A stretch of 42,176 nt of DNA from Planctomycetota bacterium (lineage in GTDB: Bacteria > Planctomycetota > UBA1135 > GCA-002686595): the NCBI GenBank assembly GCA_050049155.1, contig JASFWR010000001.1:1-42176 (forward strand). Reading direction: 5' to 3'. Under the pieces are notes generated by a model, which did not search any database, was not told the origin of the DNA, and worked only from the letters and a program-made list of their open reading frames with translations. This document shows, piece after piece, positions 8,151 to 16,990 of this stretch. The position numbers and the translations under genes are program-made. Position 1 is the stretch's first letter; each line of letters begins with the position of its first letter.

Positions 8151-10121
8151 TCAGCCGGCGCTCACCTTGCCGGAGCGCACCCGCTCGGCGAGGACCGCGG
8201 CGAGGCCGCGGATGGTCGGCTGGTCGAAGAAGTCGCGGATGTCGAGCCCGCCAGGGAAGCGGGCCTCGATCAGCCCGTGGATCTCCGCCAGGTCGATGGA
8301 GCTCATGCCCTGCTCGAAGAGGTTGTCCTCCGGCCCGAACCGCAGGCCCTCGAGCACCTGGTCGCAGAAGGCGCACATCATGGCCTCCATGTCCTCGGGC
8401 GTGCCGGCGGCCGCGTCGGCCGGGGCGGTCTCTGCGGCGGCGTTCTCTGCGGCGGTCCCCTCCCCGTCCCGCGACGCCGGCGAGAGGGCCTCGAGCGCCT
8501 CGTCGAAGGCCCCGGCGAGGAGCTCGCGGGCGAGCTGGGCGCGCTGCACCTTCCCGCTCGTGGTCCGGGGGATCTGCTGCACCGGCACGACGAGCTCGAC
8601 GCCGATGCCGTAGACGTCGGAGAGGTGCCGCCGCGCGGCGACCGCCGTGTCCGCGAAGCCCGCGGGGTCCCCGCGGTGGACCACGAAGACGGCCGCCTCC
8701 TCGGCCGCGCCCTCGCGCTGGACCGGCGCCACCGCGACGCGCAGGGCGTCCACGCCGAGGGCGGCCTGCAGGCTCTCCTCGAGGTCGTGCGGATAGAGGT
8801 TCTGACCGTTCACGATCACCAGGTCCTTCATGCGCCCTGTGATGTGCAGCTCCCCGCCGCGGAGGAAGCCGAGGTCCCCGGTGTCCAGCCAGCCCTCCCC
8901 CTGCAGGGCGGCGTCGGTGGCGGCGGGGTCGTCGAGGTACCCCTCGGTCACGTTGTCGCCGCGGATCCAGACCCGGCCCACGTGGTCCTCGGGGAGCCCG
9001 CCGCCGTCGAGCCCGGTGATCCGGACCTCGACGCCGTCGAGAGGGCGGCCACAGCCCACGGTGACCATGGCGCCGTCCCCGTCCGTCTCGCGCACGGCGT
9101 CGCCCGGCCCCGTGGCCTCGCGGGAGAGCCGGACCCCGTCGATGACGTCCCCGAGGGACGGGAAGGTCACCGCCAGCGTGGCCTCGGCGAGCCCGTAGAC
9201 CGGGAAGATGGAGGTCCGCGCGAGGCCGGCCGCGGCGAGGCGGTCGAGGAACTCCCTGGAGAGCGCCAGGGAGATGGGCTCGGCCCCGTTCATGATGAGC
9301 CGCACCCGGGAGAGGTCGAGGCCGTCGGGGACCCCCTTGCGGTCGATGGACTTCAGGGCGTGCCGGTACCCGAAGTTCGGCGAGGAGAGGATCGTCGACC
9401 CCAGGGCGGCCGCGTCCTGCAGCCAGACCAGCGGCGTGCGCGCGAAGGCCGACGTGGGCATGAGCACCTGGTCCGCGCCGCCGAGCAGCGGCGCGAGGTG
9501 GAAGCCCACGAGGCCCATGTCGTGGGAGAGGGGCATCCAGCTGAACGTGCTGTCCCCCGCCCCCAGCCGGATGCCGTCACGGATGGACCGCAGGTTGGCC
9601 AGGGCCTGGCCGTGCCGGATGATCACGCCCTTCGGGGCGCGGGTGGAGCCGGAGCTGAACTGCACGAACGCCACCTCGTCGGCGCGGCGCTCCACCTCGG
9701 CGCCCGGCGCCCCCTCCCCCGTGGGCCAGCAGCGGCGGGCCGCCATCCCGGGCTCGGCGAGGCGCTCGAAGCCCGCGTCCTCGATCACGAGGGCGGCCCC
9801 GGAGCGGCGGGCGAGGATGTCGAGGATCTTCGAGCGGCTGGCCTCGTTCGAGGGCGGCGCGAGCGGCACCGCCACGAGGCCGCCGAGCTGGCAGGCCCAG
9901 AAGATCTCCACGAAGGCCGCGGGGTCGTCCACCGGCATGACGACCTCGCCGCCGCGCTCGACGCCGGCGCGCTCGAGGTCCCCCAGCCGCCGCAGCGCGG
10001 CCTCCCGGAGCTCGGCCACGGTCGTCCACCGGTACTGGCCGGGCTTCTCGAAGAAGCCGAGCCGCTGCTCCCCGCTCCGCTCGGAGCGGAGGAGGTCGAC
10101 GAGGGTCTTGGGGTCGGACAT
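8151..10121 (-). CDS. Fatty acyl-AMP ligase (FAAL-type adenylation domain) fused to a C-terminal acyl carrier domain
   Basis: FVQFSSGSTRAPKGV, WMPLSHDMGLVG, YGLAEATL, WLDTGDLGF, GRMKDLVIVNGQNLYPHDLE, IPRTTSGKVQR; C-terminal carrier NLFEQGMSSIDL...FFDQPTIRGLA. Confidence 0.9.
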   Translation of the reverse strand: MSDPKTLVDLLRSERSGEQRLGFFEKPGQYRWTTVAELREAALRRLGDLERAGVERGGEVVMPVDDPAAFVEIFWACQLGGLVAVPLAPPSNEASRSKILDILARRSGAALVIEDAGFERLAEPGMAARRCWPTGEGAPGAEVERRADEVAFVQFSSGSTRAPKGVIIRHGQALANLRSIRDGIRLGAGDSTFSWMPLSHDMGLVGFHLAPLLGGADQVLMPTSAFARTPLVWLQDAAALGSTILSSPNFGYRHALKSIDRKGVPDGLDLSRVRLIMNGAEPISLALSREFLDRLAAAGLARTSIFPVYGLAEATLAVTFPSLGDVIDGVRLSREATGPGDAVRETDGDGAMVTVGCGRPLDGVEVRITGLDGGGLPEDHVGRVWIRGDNVTEGYLDDPAATDAALQGEGWLDTGDLGFLRGGELHITGRMKDLVIVNGQNLYPHDLEESLQAALGVDALRVAVAPVQREGAAEEAAVFVVHRGDPAGFADTAVAARRHLSDVYGIGVELVVPVQQIPRTTSGKVQRAQLARELLAGAFDEALEALSPASRDGEGTAAENAAAETAPADAAAGTPEDMEAMMCAFCDQVLEGLRFGPEDNLFEQGMSSIDLAEIHGLIEARFPGGLDIRDFFDQPTIRGLAAVLAERVRSGKVSAG

Positions 10122-10131
10122 CGGGCGTTCG

Positions 10132-11466
10132 CTATCGGCGCGTGACGCTCAGCGGGATGGGGTCCCGCGCCCTGAGGTTCACGCCCGGCTCGATGGCCGG
10201 GGCCTCCTGGGAGAGCGCGCCGAGATGGTAGCGGGCCGACACCCAGGCGAGATGCTGCACCGTGGCGTTCAGGGCGAACCCGTCCCCCGCGCAGCGCCGT
10301 GGCCCCGAGGAGAAGGGGATGTAGGCCCCGCGCACGGGGGCGATCCCCGAGGCCGGGATGCGTCCGGGGTCGAAGCGCTCGGGCTCCTCCCAGTAGGCCG
10401 GGTGCCGGTGCAGGAGGTACGGGGTGATGAGGATCTGGGTCCCGGCCGGCACGGCGTGCCCCGCGAGGACGTCGTCCTTGAGGGCGCGGCGCGTGAACAT
10501 CCACACCGGCGGGTAGAGCCGGAGCGTCTCGTGGATGATCCGCGAGCCCAGGTCGTAGCGCCCCTGGTGCATCTTGCCGTCGAAGGTCGGCGCCCCGACC
10601 GCGTCCACCTCCGCCGCGAGCGCCCGCTGGACGTCCACGTTCCGCGCCAGGAGCGACCAGGCCCAGGCCGTGGTGGCGGCGGTGGTCTCGTGGCCGGCGA
10701 CCAGAAGCGTCATGAGCTCGTCCACGAGCCCCTCCATGTCCAGCGGCGCCCCGGTGTCGCGGTCGCGCGCCTCGAGGTAGCGCCCGAGGAAGTCCTCCGC
10801 GCCGTCCCCGCCGCGGGCGCGGCGCTGCTCGATCACCTCCCGCACCACGGGCCAGAGCTGGCGGAAGCGCATGGCGAACATGAGGTCGCGCTCCGCCGTG
10901 TCCACCACGAGGTCGAAGGGGTTACCGCCCTCCCGCGCGTCGAGGGCCTCGAGGTCCTCCCCGAACACCGTGCGCAGGATGATCCGCAGGCCGAGGCGAT
11001 TCGCCTCGTCCACGATGTCGAGGGGCTCCCCGCTGTCGGCGTGCGCCTCCCAGACGGCCGCCCGCTCCTCGATGCAGCGCGCGATGAGGGCGCTCATGGC
11101 CCCCACGCTCGGCCGGCTGAACGCCGGCTGCAGCATCCGGCGCCGCGTGCGCCAGTGGTCACCGTCGGAGACGATCAGCCCGTCGCCGAGCAGCATCTTC
11201 ACCCGCTCGAACCCCACGCCCTTGCCGTAGTCCGGCTGGCGCCGGGTGAGGATCTCGTGGATCGCCTCGGGGTCGTTGAGCACCCAGACGGGGAGGCCCC
11301 CGTCGCCCGCGACGTTGTCGCCCTTGCCCTGCGGTGGGATGGCCCAGACGTCCCCGTACTCCTCGAAGCCCCGGCTCAGGTAGTCCAGGGTCTCCTGGTT
11401 CGCGTCGAAGGCGAAGGGCGACCCCGGGCCCGGGAGGGCGGCGTTCGTGCGCGGCGGCGAGGTCAT
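10132..11466 (-). CDS. Cytochrome P450
   Basis: I-helix AGHETTA, ExxR (ETLR), PERF and heme-thiolate loop FSSGPRRCAG. Start placed at ATG 11466 because the longer ORF start overlaps the tRNA. Confidence 0.95.
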   Translation of the reverse strand: MTSPPRTNAALPGPGSPFAFDANQETLDYLSRGFEEYGDVWAIPPQGKGDNVAGDGGLPVWVLNDPEAIHEILTRRQPDYGKGVGFERVKMLLGDGLIVSDGDHWRTRRRMLQPAFSRPSVGAMSALIARCIEERAAVWEAHADSGEPLDIVDEANRLGLRIILRTVFGEDLEALDAREGGNPFDLVVDTAERDLMFAMRFRQLWPVVREVIEQRRARGGDGAEDFLGRYLEARDRDTGAPLDMEGLVDELMTLLVAGHETTAATTAWAWSLLARNVDVQRALAAEVDAVGAPTFDGKMHQGRYDLGSRIIHETLRLYPPVWMFTRRALKDDVLAGHAVPAGTQILITPYLLHRHPAYWEEPERFDPGRIPASGIAPVRGAYIPFSSGPRRCAGDGFALNATVQHLAWVSARYHLGALSQEAPAIEPGVNLRARDPIPLSVTRR

Positions 11467-11495
11467 CGGGTGCGGGCCGAGGGGAGGCGAGGGAG

Positions 11496-11569
11496 TGGGC
11501 CCTGAAGGACTCGAACCTTCGACCAAGCGATTATGAGTCACCTGCTCTAACCGACTGAGCTAAGGGCCC
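11496..11569 (-). tRNA. tRNA with CAU anticodon, most likely tRNA-Ile2 (lysidine-modified); CCA end not encoded
   Basis: Minus strand reads GGGCCCTTAGCTCAGTCGGTTAGAGCAGGTGACTCATAATCGCTTGGTCGAAGGTTCGAGTCCTTCAGGGCCCA: 7-bp acceptor stem, D arm, CTCATAA anticodon loop, TTCGA T loop. It closely resembles Ile2-type tRNAs and lacks the initiator C1 mismatch and GGG/CCC anticodon stem. Confidence 0.93.
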
Positions 11570-11608
11570 GTTCGCCGCCTCGGCGGAGAGAGAGGGTAAC
11601 CTCTCGCC

Positions 11609-12151
11609 ATGACCTCCACCGAGATCGATGTGCGCGGAGAGTTCGCGCGGCTGCACGAGGCGTTCGAGGCCTTCGAGGCGATCCGCCTGGAGGGGGAGGG
11701 GGCGTGCCGCGCCCGCGCCCCCGAGGTCTCGGGCTGGAGCGTGGAGCAGCACCTCTACCACATCGCCCTCGCCACGGACCTCGCCTTCCGGCACGTGCGG
11801 TCGCTGGTGGCGGGGAAGGGGCGCCTGATCCAGGAGGAGGGGGCCCTGGACCCGCGGGCCGCCGAGGTGCTGGCCAACGACGCCACCCCCCGCGGGGAGG
11901 CCGAGGCGCCGCGCATGGTCACGCCGGACGAGACCGTCGAGCCGCGCTTCCTCGAGATGGAGCTGAAGGGGAACCGCGAGGTCCTCGAGGGGCTGGAGGC
12001 GATCGCGGAGGACATCGCCGGGGCGCCTGCGTGGATCCCCCACCAGGAGCTCGGCCCCCTCTCCGCCGCGCACTGGCTCCGCTTCGCCGCGCTCCACGCC
12101 CGCCACCACTGGGCCATCGTCCGCGACATCCGCGCCGCCCTCGCGGCCTGA
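11609..12151 (+). CDS. DinB/YfiT-like (DinB_2) four-helix metalloprotein
   Basis: GWSVEQHLYHI, AEAPRMVTP, PHQELGPLS and WLRFAALHARHH fit the DinB His triad. Confidence 0.8.
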   Translation: MTSTEIDVRGEFARLHEAFEAFEAIRLEGEGACRARAPEVSGWSVEQHLYHIALATDLAFRHVRSLVAGKGRLIQEEGALDPRAAEVLANDATPRGEAEAPRMVTPDETVEPRFLEMELKGNREVLEGLEAIAEDIAGAPAWIPHQELGPLSAAHWLRFAALHARHHWAIVRDIRAALAA

Positions 12152-12164
12152 GCCGGAGGGCCCC

Positions 12165-13418
12165 ATGCACACCACGATCCTCGCGGCGCTCATCGCCGCC
12201 GCGGCCCAGGTTCCCGGCTCCACGCAGGGCCCCGGCTCCATACAGGGCCACGGCGCCGCCGACCTCACCCCCGCCGGCCCAGCCCCCGCGGAGCCCGCCG
12301 CGGCCGACGTCTGGATCAGCGGGGAGGGCGGCTACCACACCTACCGTATCCCGTCCGTGGTCCGCGCCCCCGACGGGGCGCTGCTCGCCTTCTGCGAGGG
12401 CCGCAAGGGCGGCCGCGGGGACACGGGCGACATCGACCTCGTCATGAAGCGCTCCACCGACGGGGGCGCGACCTGGGGCGAGCAGCGAGTCCTGTGGGAC
12501 GACGGTCCCAACGTGTGCGGCAACCCGTGCCCCGTGCTCGACCGGGACACCGGGATCCTGCACCTGTTCCTCACCCACAACCTCGGCCGGGACCACGAGA
12601 GCGAGATCATCGCGGGGACCTCCTCGGGGACGCGGACCGTCTGGGTGATGACGAGCGCCGACGGGGGCCTGGCGTGGAGCGCGCCCCGCGAGGTCACGGC
12701 GAGCACGAAGCGGCGGGACTGGACGTGGTACGCCACCGGCCCCGGCGTCGGGATCCAGCTCGAGGTCGGCCCCCACGCCGGGCGCCTCGTGATCCCCTGC
12801 GACCACATCGAGGCCGACACCCGGCGCTACTACAGCCACGTGCTCCTCTCCGACGACCACGGGGCCACCTGGCGCATCGGCGGGCGCTCCAGGCGGGACC
12901 AGCTCAACGAGTGCCAGGTGGCCGAGCTCGACTCGGGCGAGCTGGTGCTGAACATGCGGAACTACAACCGCCAGAAGCGGGCGCGGGCCGTGACCCGGTC
13001 CGGGGACGGCGGCGAGTCCTTCGGCGAGGTGCGCTGGGACGAGGCTCTCCCCGAGCCCATCTGCCAGGCGGGGCTGGTCACCGTCCGCGCCCCGAGGCCC
13101 GGCGGCGGGCTGGAGCGGTGGGTCGCCTTCTCCAACCCGGCGTCGCCCGACCGCCGGGAGCGGATGCTCGTGCGCGTCAGCCGCGACGGCGCCGCGACCT
13201 GGAGCACGGCCGCTCTGCTCCACGGCCAGGCGGCCGCCTACTCGTGCCTGGTCGACCTCACCGAGGGCGCCGCGCCCGCGGTCGGGTGCCTGTACGAGCG
13301 CGGGGCCGAGCACCCCTACGAGCGCATCACCTTCGAGGCCGTCCGGCTCACCGCGCCGGACCCCGCCCGGACCGACCCTGACGGGACCGGCGCCGCCGCG
13401 CCCGCGGGGCGGCGCTGA
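12165..13418 (+). CDS. Exported sialidase-family (GH33-like, BNR/Asp-box) protein
   Basis: Signal peptide, YRIP motif, five Asp-boxes (STDGGATW, SADGGLAW, SDDHGATW, SGDGGESF, SRDGAATW), NECQ, NMR and AYS. Confidence 0.9.
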   Translation: MHTTILAALIAAAAQVPGSTQGPGSIQGHGAADLTPAGPAPAEPAAADVWISGEGGYHTYRIPSVVRAPDGALLAFCEGRKGGRGDTGDIDLVMKRSTDGGATWGEQRVLWDDGPNVCGNPCPVLDRDTGILHLFLTHNLGRDHESEIIAGTSSGTRTVWVMTSADGGLAWSAPREVTASTKRRDWTWYATGPGVGIQLEVGPHAGRLVIPCDHIEADTRRYYSHVLLSDDHGATWRIGGRSRRDQLNECQVAELDSGELVLNMRNYNRQKRARAVTRSGDGGESFGEVRWDEALPEPICQAGLVTVRAPRPGGGLERWVAFSNPASPDRRERMLVRVSRDGAATWSTAALLHGQAAAYSCLVDLTEGAAPAVGCLYERGAEHPYERITFEAVRLTAPDPARTDPDGTGAAAPAGRR

Positions 13419-13424
13419 CCGGGA

Positions 13425-14867
13425 TCAGGCCTCGTCGGCGGCCCGGGCGACGATCATCGCGATGCAGGCGGTGAGGCGCTCGGCCATCTCGAGGTGCAGG
13501 AACTCGTTGGGCCCGTGGGCGTTGGACCCCGGCCCGAGCACCCCGGTGATGACGAACTGCGCCTCGGGGAAGGACTCGCCCAGCAGGCCCATCAGGGGGA
13601 TCGTGCCCCCCTCCCCCAGGGAGACCGCGGCCTCCCCGAAGAACTCGCGGCTCGCGCCCTGGATGGCCTCGTCGAGCCACGGCGCGAAGGGCGGCGCGTT
13701 CCAGCCGGTGGCCCCGTCGGCGTTCTCGAAGGAGACCCTCGCCCCGTAGGGCGGGTCCGCCTCCAGGGCCTCGCGGATCGCGGCCACGGCCACGTCGGGG
13801 TCGGTGGTGGGCGCCGTCCGGAAGCTCAGCTTCAGGGCCGTCTCCGGCCGCAGCACGTTGCCCGCGTGCTCCAGCGGCGGCATGCCCGCCGCGCCGGTGA
13901 CCGAGAGGGTGGCCCGCCAGGTCCTCGCCAGGACCCGCTCCACGCCGTCGGCCCCCATGGGGCGCACCCCGGGCTGGAACGGGTACTTGTCGTGGACGCT
14001 GTCCCCGAGCACCGCCGCCGCCGCGCGCGCCTGCGCCTCGCGGTCCGCCGGGACCTCCGCGCGCAGCGCGGGCAGGATCACCTCGCCGGTGTCCACGTCC
14101 TCGACCCGGTCGAGGAGGCGGCGCGCCACGCGGAAGCTCGACGCCACCACGCCGCTGGCGTCGCCGGAGTGGACGCCCTCGGACACGGTGGAGACGCGCA
14201 GGTCCCCGGTGACGTTCCCGCGGAGGGAGGTGCAGAGCCACATACGCTCGTAGTCCCCCGCGCCGCTGTCGAGGCAGACCACGAGGGACGGCGTCCCGAT
14301 GCGCTCCGCCAGGTGCTCGACGTACGCGGCGAGGTGCGGGCTGCCGCTCTCCTCGCTGGTCTCGATCAGGCAGACGCAGCGCGGGTGCGGCGCGCCCTGG
14401 TCCTGGAGCGCCTCGAGCGCGCCGAGGGACCCGAACACCGCGTACCCGTCGTCCGCGGCGCCGCGCCCGTAGAGCTTGCCGTCCTGGACGACCGGCTCCC
14501 AGGGTCCCTTGTCGTCGTCCCACCCGGTGACCTCCGGCTGCTTGTCGAGATGCCCGTACATGAGGATGGTGTCCCCGTCCCGCCCGGGCTCCATGCCGAA
14601 GGCGGGCACCTCCACCAGGAGGGTGGGCGTGAGGCCGTCGAGGCGGACGATCTCCACCGTCATCCCCGCGAGCTGCCGGCCGCGGCACCAGGCGGCCGCC
14701 AGCTCCACGGCCTCGTCCAGGAACCCGTTGGCCGCCCAGTCCGCGTCGAAGGCGGGCGACTTGGCCGGGATCCGGATGAAGTCGGAGATGGCGGGGAGGA
14801 TCGAGTCCCGCCAGGAGCGGGCGACGTGGTCCCGGAGGGCGGCCGGGTCGAGCGTGGCGGAGGTCAT
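13425..14867 (-). CDS. M20/M25/M40 family metallo-dipeptidase
   Basis: MYGHLDKQP, LYGRGAADDG, ETSEESGS, VHSG, EGGTIP and NAHGPNE. Confidence 0.93.
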   Translation of the reverse strand: MTSATLDPAALRDHVARSWRDSILPAISDFIRIPAKSPAFDADWAANGFLDEAVELAAAWCRGRQLAGMTVEIVRLDGLTPTLLVEVPAFGMEPGRDGDTILMYGHLDKQPEVTGWDDDKGPWEPVVQDGKLYGRGAADDGYAVFGSLGALEALQDQGAPHPRCVCLIETSEESGSPHLAAYVEHLAERIGTPSLVVCLDSGAGDYERMWLCTSLRGNVTGDLRVSTVSEGVHSGDASGVVASSFRVARRLLDRVEDVDTGEVILPALRAEVPADREAQARAAAAVLGDSVHDKYPFQPGVRPMGADGVERVLARTWRATLSVTGAAGMPPLEHAGNVLRPETALKLSFRTAPTTDPDVAVAAIREALEADPPYGARVSFENADGATGWNAPPFAPWLDEAIQGASREFFGEAAVSLGEGGTIPLMGLLGESFPEAQFVITGVLGPGSNAHGPNEFLHLEMAERLTACIAMIVARAADEA

Positions 14868-14887
14868 GTCGCTAGTGTGCAGGGGCG

Positions 14888-16990
14888 ATGCCCTCCCGTC
14901 ACCCCGCGCTCCGCCCCGCCGCCCTGGCCCTCGCGGGCCTCGCCGCAGCCTGCGGGGGGCCGGACGAGGGCCCCGCGCCGGGCGCGGCCCCGGACCCGGA
15001 CCCGCCCACCGCCCGCTGGGACCAGGTGGAGCAGTTCCGCGCGGACCTCGCCGCCCCGCGGCACCCGGCGGACGGCAAGGGCGCCGTGCAGGTGACCGCC
15101 GCCCCGGAGCGGATCGTCGCGGGGGGCGTGGGCCGCTGGACCATGGAGCTCGAGGTGGCCGACACCGGGATCGCGGTCGGGGGCTCCATCCACTTCATGC
15201 CCGAGCCCTTCTGGGGGTGGTCGACCCCCCAGGTCCAGCGGCCCGAGCTCCCCGGTTACACGGACGTCGAGGTGAGCCGGAGCGAGGCGACGCTCACGGC
15301 GGAGACCTTCGGCGGGCAGGACTCCGGGCTGCTGATCCTCACGGTCGGCGGCGCCCCGCTGGAGGCCGGTGACGTCGTGACCGTCGACTACGGCGCGGGC
15401 CCGGCGGGGGCGCGGGCCGACCGCTACGCCGGCCGGGAGGCGCGCCTGTGGTTCGGCGTGGACGGGGACGGGGACGGCGTCCGCGCCATCCTCCCCGCGT
15501 CCCCCTCCCTGGACGTGGCGCCCCGGGAGCCGAGCCGCGTGGTGCTCCTCGGGCCGAGCGTGGTCCGGCCGGGCGAGCCCATGCGCTTCCACGTGTCGGC
15601 CCTGGACGACTGGGCGAACCGGGCCCCCGAGGTCGACGGTGAACCCTGGCGCGCGGAGGTCCGCCTGGAGGGCCTCGGCCCGGCCGACGCGGACCTCGAG
15701 GTGCCCGCCACCGTCGCCCTCGGCCCGGGCGGCTTCGCGGCGTTCGAGGTCGACGCGCCCGCCGCGGCGGGGGCGGCGGTGCTCCGGCTGCGCGCCACCC
15801 TGCCCCTCCCCGGCGGCGGCGAGACCTCGACGGTGTCCAACCCCGTGCTCGTGGACCCGGAGGCGCCGCGGATCCTGTGGGCCGACCTCCACGGTCACTC
15901 CGGCCGCTCCGACGGGACGGGGGCGGTGGAGGACTACTTCGCCTACGCCCGGGACACCGCGCGCCTGGACGTGCTCGCGCTGACCGATCACGACCACTTC
16001 GGCCCGCGCTTCCTCGACCGGATCCCGGAGTGGCAGGCGGAGATGAGCACCGTCACCGAGCGCTTCCACGAGGAGGGCCGCTTCGTGACCCTGCACGGCT
16101 ACGAGTGGACGAGCTGGATCCACGGGCACCGCCACGTGGTGCGGTTCGACGGCGGCGGTCCGCTGCTCTCCTCCATCGACCCTGCCCACGACACGCCGGC
16201 GGAGCTCTGGGACGCCCTCCGCGGGCAGCCCGCGCTCACGATCGCCCACCACAGCTCCGGCAACCCGATCCCGGTGAACTGGACCTACGCGCCAGACCCG
16301 CTCCTCGAGCCCGTCACGGAGGTCGTCTCGGTGCACGGGTCGAGCGAGGCGCGGGACGCCCCCCAGGTGGTGGCGGGGAGCCGGGACGGCCGCTTCGTGC
16401 GGGACCAGCTCGACCGGGGCCTGCGCCTGGGGTTCATCGGCTCCGGCGACTCCCACGACGGGCACCCGGGGCTCCCCCACCTGTCGCCCGCCTACGGCTG
16501 GCGGGCCGCGACGTCGCGCTCCGGGGAGATCCCCGGCACCGGCGGCCTCGCGGCGCTCCAGGGGGCGACGCTGGACCGGGAGGGGATCCTCGACGCCCTC
16601 CGCGAGCGGCGCACCTACGCCACTAGCGGGCCGCGGATCCTGGTTCTCGTCGAGCGAGAGGCGGGCCGGGCGAGGCACCGGATCCGCTTCCATGGCACCG
16701 CGCCCCTGGACCGCGTCGACCTCGTCCTCGGGCCCGAGGTCGCCGCGGGGAGGGAGGCGCGCCCCTCCGAGGTCCGCCCCCTGCGGACCGGCGGCCCGAC
16801 CCTCGACGCTGTCTTCGAGGTGAACCTGCCGGAGACCCTGCGGCGCCGCTTCCACTACCTGCGGGTCGTGCAGGTGGACCGGGGCACCGCGTGGCTCGGC
16901 CCCTGGTGGAACGACGCCGGAGGCGACGGAGCCGAGGCGGCCGTGAGCGGGGCCGAGACCGACCCTCAGGCCGGGCGACGCTCCGACTGA
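14888..16990 (+). CDS. PHP-fold metallohydrolase lipoprotein (CehA/McbA-like, DUF3604-like)
   Basis: Lipobox LAAAC; WADLHGHSGRSDG, LTDHD, GYEWT, GHRHV, IAHH, GSGDSHDGHPG and RRTYATSGPRI. Overlaps the convergent GGDEF gene by 25 bp. Confidence 0.8.
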   Translation: MPSRHPALRPAALALAGLAAACGGPDEGPAPGAAPDPDPPTARWDQVEQFRADLAAPRHPADGKGAVQVTAAPERIVAGGVGRWTMELEVADTGIAVGGSIHFMPEPFWGWSTPQVQRPELPGYTDVEVSRSEATLTAETFGGQDSGLLILTVGGAPLEAGDVVTVDYGAGPAGARADRYAGREARLWFGVDGDGDGVRAILPASPSLDVAPREPSRVVLLGPSVVRPGEPMRFHVSALDDWANRAPEVDGEPWRAEVRLEGLGPADADLEVPATVALGPGGFAAFEVDAPAAAGAAVLRLRATLPLPGGGETSTVSNPVLVDPEAPRILWADLHGHSGRSDGTGAVEDYFAYARDTARLDVLALTDHDHFGPRFLDRIPEWQAEMSTVTERFHEEGRFVTLHGYEWTSWIHGHRHVVRFDGGGPLLSSIDPAHDTPAELWDALRGQPALTIAHHSSGNPIPVNWTYAPDPLLEPVTEVVSVHGSSEARDAPQVVAGSRDGRFVRDQLDRGLRLGFIGSGDSHDGHPGLPHLSPAYGWRAATSRSGEIPGTGGLAALQGATLDREGILDALRERRTYATSGPRILVLVEREAGRARHRIRFHGTAPLDRVDLVLGPEVAAGREARPSEVRPLRTGGPTLDAVFEVNLPETLRRRFHYLRVVQVDRGTAWLGPWWNDAGGDGAEAAVSGAETDPQAGRRSD

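Noticed and set aside
11467-11541. P450 start as given in the ORF track (11541)
   Set aside because: It lies inside the tRNA; ATG 11466 is more plausible.
7345-11569. tRNA-anchored genomic island or prophage
   Set aside because: No integrase, no att-like duplication of the tRNA 3' end, and no visible compositional shift.
12213-12248. 18-bp tandem duplication (CCCGGCTCCAYRCAGGGC x2) in the sialidase N-terminal linker
   Set aside because: Only two copies, in frame, in a low-complexity linker; probably neutral slippage.
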